Below, piece after piece: positions 1-6,635 of a stretch of 6,743 bases of DNA (its first letter is position 1; the number at the start of each line of letters is the position of its first letter). This DNA comes from a virus (taxonomy: Duplodnaviria; Heunggongvirae; Uroviricota; Caudoviricetes), in IMG/VR virus record IMGVR_UViG_3300029104_000056, positions 1 through 6,743 of that record. One strand, 5' to 3'. The notes under the pieces were generated by a model. It had not been told where the DNA came from. It searched no databases and worked only from the letters and a program-made list of their open reading frames with translations. The position numbers and the translations under genes were made by a program.

Positions 1-104
1 CGGAACTGACGGCCGGGGCAGAAAAACGCCGTCGCCGGAAGAAAAAACTGCGGACGGAGCGTGCGGAAGATAATCCATGGACAACATCAGGAGGCTGGTT
101 GTGA
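1..104 (+). CDS. Large terminase subunit, C-terminal fragment (5' end lies outside the window)
   Basis: The frame with codons at 3-5, 6-8 and so on is open from the window edge to TGA 102-104 and uses typical enterobacterial codons (ctg, gaa, aaa, cgc, cgt). It encodes a basic tail, ...AEKRRRRKKKLRTERAEDNPWTTSGGWL*. It sits directly upstream of the W-like and portal genes, as the A gene does in lambda. Too short for confident homology. Confidence 0.4.
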   Translation, partial: ELTAGAEKRRRRKKKLRTERAEDNPWTTSGGWL

Positions 105-313
105 GCACTGAAGAAGTCAGAGAAATGATACAGCGGTACCGTGAAGCGGAAAGGGCGGTACTGGAGGGGAAGTCTGTCACCTTCAACGGGCAGCAACTGA
201 CGCTGGAAAGCCTTTCTCAGATCCGCGCCGGACGTCAGGAGTGGGAACGCAGGCTTGCCGCGATGGAGAACCGCAGACGGGGAAAACCGGGATTTAAACT
301 GGCGAGGTTTTAA
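101..313 (+). CDS. gpW-like head completion / head-tail joining protein
   Basis: The C-terminus ...AAMENRRRGKPGF resembles the lambda gpW C-terminus (...QRRRGPAGFYV as I recall it). Preferred start is GTG 101, preceded by AGGAGG at 89-94 with a 6-nt spacer and overlapping the terminase stop as GTGA; this gives about 70 aa, similar to gpW (68 aa). The ORF track's in-frame ATG at 77 is the alternative start. Stop is TAA 311-313. Confidence 0.7.
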   Translation: MSTEEVREMIQRYREAERAVLEGKSVTFNGQQLTLESLSQIRAGRQEWERRLAAMENRRRGKPGFKLARF

Positions 314-1807
314 TGGCAATTATCGATGATGTGATAGGCGTGTTTTCCCCCGGATGGAAAGCAGCCAGACTGCGTTCAAGGGCATTAATCATGGCCTATG
401 AGGCGGTGAAAACGACCCGGACACATAAAGCCCGGCGGGAAAATCGCTCTGCTGATCAGCTCAGTAAATACGGTGCGGTTTCCCTGCGGGAGCAGGCCCG
501 TTTTCTGGATATCAATCATGACCTGGTGATTGGTGTGTTTGACAAGCTTGAAGAGCGGGTGATTGGTGCCAGGGGAATTATTGTGGAGCCTCAGCCATTA
601 CGAAAAAACGGGGAAATGGCGGCAGAGCTGGCTGCGGATATCCGCCGGTTGTGGGCTGAATGGTCGGTCAGTCCGGATGTGACAGGGCAGTATACCCGTC
701 CCGTGCTTGAGCGTTTACTGCTGCGGACCTGGCTGCGGGATGGTGAAGTGTTTGCGCAGATGGTCAGTGGGGCGGGAAATGGTCTGGAACGGACGGCGGG
801 AGTGCCATTCTGGCTTGAAGCGATGGAGCCGGATTTTGTTCCCATGCGCAGTGATGAATCCGCCGGGCTGAATCAGGGGGTTTTTCTTGATGAGTGGGGA
901 AGACCGAAAAAATATCTGGTTTATAAAAATTATCCGGTCAGCGGCCGGCAGAGTGATACGAAAGAAATCGTTGCCGGAAAAATGATCCACCTGAAGTTCA
1001 CTCGTCGTCTGCATCAGACGCGAGGCTCATCCATGTTATCGGGGGTGCTGATGCGGATCAGTGCCCTTAAGGAGTATGAGGATGCGGAACTGACGGCAGC
1101 GCGTNNNNNNNNNNNNNNNNNNNNNNAAAGGGGACGGGCAGGACTATGAAGATCCTGGGATCAAAGAGACCGAGCGGGAAGTCCATATCACCCCGGGTAT
1201 TATTTATGACGATTTGCGCAAGGGCGAGGATATCGGCATGGTCAAATCTGACCGTCCTAACCCCAATCTTGAAACCTTTCGTAACGGTCAGCTGCGTGCA
1301 GTAGCTGCAGGCAGTCGTCTGAGTTTTTCCAGTGCGGCGCGTAACTATAACGGTACCTACAGTGCCCAGCGGCAGGAGCTGGTCGAGTCCACCGACGGGT
1401 ATCTGATCCTGCAGGACTGTTTTATTGGCGCGGTAACCCGCCCTGTGTACCGGACATGGCTGAATATGGTGGTTGCGGCAGGTCTGCTGAAAATTCCGGC
1501 AGATGTGGAGATGAAAACGCTATATAACGCGACGTATTCCGGTCCGGTGATGCCGTGGATCGATCCGGTTAAGGAAGCTGAAGCCTGGAGAATTCAGATC
1601 CGGGGTGGTGCAGCGACAGAATCCGACTGGGTTCGGGCCGGAGGGCGCAATCCGGATGAGGTCAAACGTCGCCGCAAGGCTGAAATTGATGAAAACAGCA
1701 GACTGGGGCTGGTCTTTGATACTGACCCCGTCAACGATAAAGGAGGAAACAGTGCCGGAACTGAACGACAGCATCAGCGCGACACCGAAAGCCAGCATGA
1801 AGAATAA
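313..1807 (+). CDS. Phage portal protein (interrupted by an N-run at 1105-1126)
   Basis: ATG 313 overlaps the W stop (TAATG) with GCGAGG at 302-307 upstream. A 278-aa ORF runs into the N-run, and coding resumes at 1127 in a different frame through to TAA 1805-1807 (...GGRNPDEVKRRRKAEIDENSRLGLVFDTDPVNDKGG...). Size (about 500 aa) and position between the W-like gene and the prohead protease fit a portal. The frame change across the Ns reflects unknown gap length, not necessarily a real frameshift. Confidence 0.8.
1105..1126. other. Run of 22 N (assembly or masking gap) inside the portal gene
   Basis: Directly visible. The coding frame differs on the two sides, so the true gap length is unknown. 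Confidence 0.95.
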
Positions 1808-3768
1808 ATCCTGGTTCAGGATGCAGGCTGGGGGGCCGGGTGACGCAGATATTTATATTTATGATGAGATTGGTTTCTGGGGCGTTACCGCGAAGCAGTT
1901 TGTCAGCGAACTGAATGCACTTGGTGATATCACCCACATTAATCTCCATATCAATTCACCGGGTGGCGATGTCTTTGAAGGCATCGCCATTTTTAATGCC
2001 CTGAAAAATCAGGGGGCGACCATTACCGTGTATGTGGATGGCGTTGCCGCCTCGATGGCATCCGTGATTGCGATGGCCGGTGATACGGTCATTATGCCGG
2101 AAAATGCCTTCATGATGATCCATAAGCCATGGGGATTCAGTGGCGGGGATGCTGAGGATATGCGCAGTTATGCCGATTTGCTGGATAAAGTCGAATCGGT
2201 ACTGTTGCCAGCCTATGCGCAGAAAACCGGAAAAACCACCGATGAAATTGCCGCCATGCTGGCGGATGAAACCTGGATGTCCGGTGCTGAATGTCTGGCA
2301 CACGGATTTGCTGACCAGGTGACACCCGCTGTTAAGGCAATGGCATGTATTCAGTCAAAACGTACAGAGGAATTTAAAAAGATGCCGGAATCCATTCGAA
2401 ATATGATTACTCCGCCACGCAACAGTGCTCCACGCGTACAGGATGATGGACCTGCAGCCTCCCGGACGCCAGTGCAGGCAGCAGCACCCGTGGTGGATGA
2501 AAACAGCATCCGTGCGCAGGTCCTGGCAGAGCAAAAAGCGCGTGTAAACGGTATTAATGATCTGTTTGCCATGTTTGGCGGGCGTTATCAGTCGTTGCAG
2601 GCTCAGTGTCTTGCCGATCCTGAATGTTCGCTGGAGCAGGCCCGCGAAAAGCTGTTGAACGAGATGGGGCGCGAGTCCACGCCATCCAATAAAAATACCC
2701 CGGCTCATATTTATGCCGGTAACGGTAATTTTGTGGGGGACGGGATCCGCCAGGCGCTGATGGCGCGCGCCGGGTTTGAAAAAACTGAACGTGATAATGT
2801 CTACAACGGGATGACCCTGCGTGAATATGCCCGTATGTCACTGACTGAACGTGGTATTGGTGTTTCCAGTTATAACCCGATGCAGATGGTCGGTGCGGCG
2901 TTCATACACAGTACGTCTGACTTCGGTAATATTCTGCTGGATGTTGCGAACAAAGCCATTCTGCAGGGCTGGGAAGATGCCCCTGAAACCTATGAACAGT
3001 GGACGCGGAAAGGTCAGTTGTCTGATTTTAAAATTGCCCATCGTGTGGGTATGGGGGGCTTCAGTGCTCTGCGTCAGGTGCGTGAAGGGGCAGAATATAA
3101 ATACGTCACCNNNNNNNNNNATGGCACTGGCGACCTATGGCGAGCTGTTCAGTATCACCCGTCAGGCCATTATCAATGATGATCTGAATATGCTGACCGA
3201 TGTCCCGATGAAGCTGGGCCGTGCGGCGAAATCCACTATTGCCGATCTGGTTTATGCCATTCTGACGTCTAACCCGAAAATCTCCACAGATAATGTAAGT
3301 CTGTTCGATAAAGCGAAACATGCAAACGTACTGGAGAGCGCGGCAATGGACGTGGCATCGCTGGATAAAGCCCGCCAGTTGATGCGCGTTCAGAAAGAGG
3401 GTGAGCGTCATCTGAATATTCGTCCTGCGTTCGTACTGGTACCGACGGCGATGGAGTCTGTTGCTAACCAGGTCATTCGCTCCTCAAGTGTCAAGGGGGC
3501 TGACATTAACGCCGGTATTATTAACCCGGTGAAAGATTTTGCGACCGTTATTGCAGAGCCTCGTCTTGATGATAACAGCCAGACCACCTTCTACCTGGCT
3601 GCGTCCAAAGGCTCCGATACGATTGAAGTGGCTTATCTCAACGGTGTGGATACGCCATATATTGATCAGATGGAGGGCTTCAGTGTGGATGGCGTGACAA
3701 CGAAAGTGCGTATTGACGCTGGTGTTGCGCCAGTTGATCACCGCGGCCTGGTGAAATGTACGGCGTAA
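1752..3768 (+). CDS. ClpP-like prohead protease fused to a linker/scaffold-like segment and a major capsid protein domain (interrupted by an N-run at 3111-3120)
   Basis: Start is GTG 1752 with AGGAGG at 1741-1746 and a 5-nt spacer, lying inside the 3' end of the portal gene. The N-terminal domain has ClpP-type motifs: VDGVAASMAS (Ser codon 2052-2054) and MMIHKPWGFSGG (His codon 2121-2123). A Pro/Ala-rich and predicted helical segment follows (about 2400-2700), then a capsid-like C-terminal region ending KCTA with TAA 3766-3768. The frame changes across the 10-N run, but coding sequence resumes immediately at 3121. Confidence 0.8.
3111..3120. other. Run of 10 N (assembly or masking gap) inside the capsid domain
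   Basis: Directly visible. The frame differs on the two sides (codons at 3108-3110 before, 3121-3123 after). Confidence 0.95.
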
Positions 3769-3791
3769 ACGTCGCAGACAACAACTCTGAT

Positions 3792-3811
3792 GGCCCGTAA
3801 GGGCTTTTTTT
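3792..3811 (+). terminator. Putative intrinsic terminator after the protease-capsid gene
   Basis: A short GC stem GCCC(GTAA)GGGC at 3793-3804 is followed by a run of seven T at 3805-3811, 25 nt after the capsid stop. Confidence 0.5.
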
Positions 3812-3822
3812 GTACCTGAAAT

Positions 3823-3841
3823 CAGCCCCTGAACGGGGCTG
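3823..3841 (+). promoter_or_regulatory. Perfect 7-bp hairpin just upstream of the next gene's ribosome-binding site
   Basis: CAGCCCC (3823-3829), loop TGAAC, GGGGCTG (3835-3841). There is no T-run after it. GGAG at 3845-3848 and ATG 3855 follow. Confidence 0.4.
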
Positions 3842-3854
3842 TGCGGAGACAGTT

Positions 3855-4178
3855 ATGGCAAAGAATTTTGTAGAAGAAGGAAAAACGGTGGCGATTGTTG
3901 CAAGTGCAGCCATCAGCAGCGGAGATCTGGTGCAGGTGGGTGATGTTTTTGCGGTGGCGCTGACCGATATTCCACAGGGAGAAACAGGCGACGGCATAAC
4001 CGAAGGTGTGTTTATGCTGCCTAAGCTGAAAACGGATGACATGAAAACGGGTAAGAAGGTTTATCTGAAGTCAGGAAAAGTTCAGCTGACTAACAGCGGC
4101 TCTGATCCGCTGGTCGGGGTTGTCTGGGCAGATGCCGGAACCAGTGCAGAAGAAGTGCCGGTAAAACTCAATGTCTGA
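3855..4178 (+). CDS. Small head-associated protein, DUF2190-like (possible decoration or cement protein)
   Basis: ATG 3855 has GGAG at 3845-3848 with a 6-nt spacer. The 107-aa product MAKNFVEEGKTV...GDGITEGVFMLPK... resembles the DUF2190 proteins found next to capsid genes. The ORF track's upstream ATG at 3810 lies inside the terminator and lacks an RBS. Stop is TGA 4176-4178. Confidence 0.55.
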   Translation: MAKNFVEEGKTVAIVASAAISSGDLVQVGDVFAVALTDIPQGETGDGITEGVFMLPKLKTDDMKTGKKVYLKSGKVQLTNSGSDPLVGVVWADAGTSAEEVPVKLNV

Positions 4179-4446
4179 TCCCTTTTCCCGGCTGGCAGCG
4201 CGTATGGATGCGATCACGGTCAGAAAGATGGGAAAGACAGCCTCGATTAATGATGTCGATATGACTGTGATCCCGGGAGAAACACTGGCAGAGCTGAATG
4301 CTCTGTCCGGACCTGCGGTCTCTCTGGTGGTGTTTTCTTCGGGATACCGCCCACGGCGCGGGGATCGCGTTGTTTATGACGGACAACAATGGACGGTCAC
4401 ACGGCATGAACGTTTTAACGGTAAGCCAATGATCTTTATTGAGTAA
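4171..4446 (+). CDS. gpFII-like head-tail joining protein
   Basis: The 91-aa product has an N-terminus (FSRLAARMDAITVRKMGKTASIN) and an RRGD...W.V.R segment (PRRGDRVVYDGQQWTVTRHE) that parallel lambda gpFII as I recall it. It overlaps the upstream gene by 8 nt. Stop is TAA 4444-4446. Confidence 0.7.
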   Translation: MSDPFSRLAARMDAITVRKMGKTASINDVDMTVIPGETLAELNALSGPAVSLVVFSSGYRPRRGDRVVYDGQQWTVTRHERFNGKPMIFIE

Positions 4447-4457
4447 TGAGGTGTGGG

Positions 4458-5036
4458 ATGAAGGGGCTTGAGAATGCCATCCGCAATCTGAACAGCCTTG
4501 ATACCCGTATGGTGCCACAGGCCAGCGCATGGGCGATAAACCGTGTGGCACAGAAAGCGGTCTCGGTTGCCACCCGGCAGGTTGCCGGGAATACCGTTGC
4601 GGGAGATAACCAGGTGAAAGGGATCCCCCTGAAACTGGTACGTCAGCGTGTCCGGGTGTTTAAAGCCAGTCCGTCAGGAAAAATGACGGCCAGGATCCGC
4701 GTTAACCGGGGCAATCTGCCCGCCATTAAGCTGGGGACAGCCCGGGTCAGACTGGCCCGGCGTGGTGGAAAACTGCAGTACCGTGGCAGTGTGCTGAAGG
4801 TGGGTAAATATCTTTTCCGGGATGCGTTTATTCAGCAACTGGCGAATGGTCGCTGGCATGTGATGCGACGTATTGATGGCAAAAATCGTTACCCCATTGA
4901 TGTGGTGAAAATCCCGCTGTCCGGACCGCTGACACAGGCATTTGAAGATGCCCGCGACCACATCATTGCTGCGGAAATGCCGAAACAGCTGGGGTATGCA
5001 CTGAAACAACAACTGAGGTTATGGCTGACCCGATGA
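4458..5036 (+). CDS. gpZ-like tail completion protein
   Basis: Strong resemblance to lambda gpZ: KGLENAIRNL, WAINRVA, IRVNRGNLPAIKLG, AFIQQLANGRWHVMRRIDGKNRYPIDVVKIP, LGYALKQQLR. Start ATG 4458 is preferred, with GAGG at 4448-4451 and a 6-nt spacer, matching the lambda MAIKGLE start. The in-frame ATG at 4446 (TAATG overlap) is the alternative. Stop is TGA 5034-5036. Confidence 0.85.
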   Translation: MKGLENAIRNLNSLDTRMVPQASAWAINRVAQKAVSVATRQVAGNTVAGDNQVKGIPLKLVRQRVRVFKASPSGKMTARIRVNRGNLPAIKLGTARVRLARRGGKLQYRGSVLKVGKYLFRDAFIQQLANGRWHVMRRIDGKNRYPIDVVKIPLSGPLTQAFEDARDHIIAAEMPKQLGYALKQQLRLWLTR

Positions 5037-5434
5037 ACCGACATACACAAATCCGCCAGGTCGTACTGGCACGCCTTCGGGAACAGTGTGGAGACAGCGC
5101 CACGTTTTTTGACGGGCTTCCGGCATTTGTTGATGCGCAGGAACTGCCTGCCGTGGCGGTGTGGCTGAGTGATGCTCAGTACACCGGAAAAATGACGGAT
5201 GAAGATGACTGGCAGGCTGTTCTGCATATTGCTGTCTTCATCCGGGCACAGGCACCGGATTCAGAGCTGGATATGTGGATGGAGAGCACCATTTTCCCGG
5301 CCCTGAATGATGTACCAGCACTTTCCGGACTCATCGACACCCTGATCCCACTCGGTTTTAACTATCAACGTGATAATGAGATGGCCACCTGGGCGATGGC
5401 GGAAATCACGTACCAGATCACGTACACGAATTAA
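5033..5434 (+). CDS. gpU-like tail terminator protein
   Basis: Strong resemblance to lambda gpU: ATFFDG, ELPAVAVWL, DWQA.LHI.VF..AQ.PDSELD.WMES, ITYQITY. ATG 5033 overlaps the Z stop (ATGA) and aligns best with the lambda N-terminus. The in-frame ATG at 5021 given by the ORF track is the alternative. Stop is TAA 5432-5434. Confidence 0.85.
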   Translation: MNRHTQIRQVVLARLREQCGDSATFFDGLPAFVDAQELPAVAVWLSDAQYTGKMTDEDDWQAVLHIAVFIRAQAPDSELDMWMESTIFPALNDVPALSGLIDTLIPLGFNYQRDNEMATWAMAEITYQITYTN

Positions 5435-5444
5435 GGAGGTGGTA

Positions 5445-6188
5445 ATGACCACACCAAATCCACTGGCAAAAACGAAAGGTGCGGGAACGACGTTCTGGAT
5501 GTATACCGGCAAGGGCGATGCGTTTGTGAACCCTTTATCGGACACTGACTGGCTGCGTCTTGCGATGGTGAAGGATCTGCAACCTGGCGAAATGACCGCT
5601 GATGCAGAAGATGACACTTATCTCGATGATGAAGATGCAGACTGGAAAACGACAACCCAGGGGCAGAAATCAGTCGGTGATACTTCGGCGACGCTGGCCT
5701 GGCGTCCGGGGGACAGCGGGCAGAAAAAACTGGTTCAGTTGTTCGACTCCGGTGAAGTCTGCGCGTTTCGTATCAAATATCCCAACGGTACTGTTGATGT
5801 TTTCCGTGGCTGGCTGAGTTCACTGGGTAAAACCATTGCTTCAAAAGACGTGATGACCCGCACAGTGAAAATCAGCGGTGTGGGGCGTCCGTATCTGGCA
5901 GAGGAAGGCACTGAAACCGTGGGCGTTACCGGGCTGACGGTGGCACCGGCATCTGCCAGTGTAAAAGTGGGAGCAACCACCACGCTGACCTTTACAGTAA
6001 AACCTGACGGAGCCAGTGACAAAGCGATCAGTGTGCATTCGACAGATCCACAGACTGCCACGGTGACCCTGAACGGGCTTGTGGCCACGGTGAAAGGCGT
6101 GAAGCAGGGCAGTGTCAGCATTGTGGGCATGACTTCTGACGGCGATTTTGTGGCAGTGGCTACGGTGGCTGTCAGCGCCGCAGGTTAA
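5445..6188 (+). CDS. gpV-like major tail protein with a C-terminal Ig-like domain
   Basis: AAGGAGGTGG at 5433-5442 precedes ATG 5445. The product is close to lambda gpV: KGAGTT.W.Y.G.GD...NPLSD.DW.RLA.VKDL.PGE.TA, the acidic YLDDEDADW block, PNGTVDVFRGW.SS.GK, TRTVK..GVGRP. The C-terminal part (about 5925-6185) is rich in T/V/S/A with alternating beta-like pattern, as in the gpV Ig-like domain. Stop is TAA 6186-6188. Confidence 0.9.
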   Translation: MTTPNPLAKTKGAGTTFWMYTGKGDAFVNPLSDTDWLRLAMVKDLQPGEMTADAEDDTYLDDEDADWKTTTQGQKSVGDTSATLAWRPGDSGQKKLVQLFDSGEVCAFRIKYPNGTVDVFRGWLSSLGKTIASKDVMTRTVKISGVGRPYLAEEGTETVGVTGLTVAPASASVKVGATTTLTFTVKPDGASDKAISVHSTDPQTATVTLNGLVATVKGVKQGSVSIVGMTSDGDFVAVATVAVSAAG

Positions 6189-6208
6189 CAGGACGATACT
6201 CATCATTT

Positions 6209-6232
6209 GCCCCGGTTATCCGGGGCTTTTTT
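6209..6232 (+). terminator. Intrinsic terminator after the major tail gene
   Basis: Perfect 7-bp GC-rich stem GCCCCGG (6209-6215), loop TTAT, CCGGGGC (6220-6226), followed by TTTTTT at 6227-6232. Confidence 0.7.
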
Positions 6233-6248
6233 GCAGGTGGAGAACATG

Positions 6249-6635
6249 ATGTTTCTGAAACAGGGCACGTTTAATTATGAAAAGCAGTCCGTGGTGCTCA
6301 GTGAGCTGTCCGGGCTGCAGAGAATTGAATATCTGGCGTTTGTTCAGCAGCGAACGGCAAAGTTTGATGCCGAAGAGGGAGAACTGCCGGAGGCTGAACG
6401 ACAGATTGCTTTTCTGCGGATGGGGATGGATATCAATGCCTGGCTGGTTTCCCGCTCACTGTGGAATGCGGAACAGTCTCAGGATGTTGAGACGCTTTGC
6501 GCATCCGTTATTACAACATGGTCGTATGATGCCCTGGGAACGGGGGCGGAGATGGTTCTGTCGCTGAGCGGTATGGGAGCCATTGAGAATGCCGGGGATT
6601 TGGAGCATGAGGTGCTGACGCCGGAAAAGTCCTGA
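6249..6635 (+). CDS. gpG-like tail assembly chaperone
   Basis: The N-terminus MFLK...VVLSELSGLQRIEYLAF parallels lambda gpG (MFLK...TLSELSALQRIEHLAL), and LSLSGM matches RLSGM. GGAG at 6239-6242 is 6 nt from ATG 6249; ATG 6246 is an in-frame alternative. Stop is TGA 6633-6635. Confidence 0.85.
   Translation: MFLKQGTFNYEKQSVVLSELSGLQRIEYLAFVQQRTAKFDAEEGELPEAERQIAFLRMGMDINAWLVSRSLWNAEQSQDVETLCASVITTWSYDALGTGAEMVLSLSGMGAIENAGDLEHEVLTPEKS

Noticed and set aside
2330-2900. A separate nested scaffold gene (lambda Nu3-style internal in-frame start) within the protease-capsid ORF
   Set aside because: Internal in-frame ATGs exist (for example about 2381 and 2662), but none has a convincing SD at proper spacing. 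This cannot be excluded without expression data, so it is noted only as a possibility under the linker finding.
1105-3120. Reading the frame changes at the N-runs as true frameshifts or pseudogenes
   Set aside because: Ns are placeholders of unknown length, and coding sequence resumes immediately in an open frame with homologous protein on both sides. Gene disruption cannot be inferred from this.
3810-3854. Upstream ATG 3810 as the start of the small head protein
   Set aside because: It lies within the T-run of the terminator hairpin and has no SD. ATG 3855 has GGAG at the correct spacing and gives the MAKNF N-terminus expected for this family.
6207-6248. ORF-track start at 6207 for the gpG-like gene
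   Set aside because: Position 6207 is a TTG inside the terminator hairpin. Lambda gpG begins MFLK, which matches ATG 6249 with GGAG 6 nt upstream.
2140-6567. Plus-strand alternative-frame ORFs nested in genes (2140-2322, 5602-5817, 6277-6567)
   Set aside because: They are out of frame relative to the clearly homologous protease, V and G reading frames, and their products are Cys/Arg/Trp-rich with no motif support.
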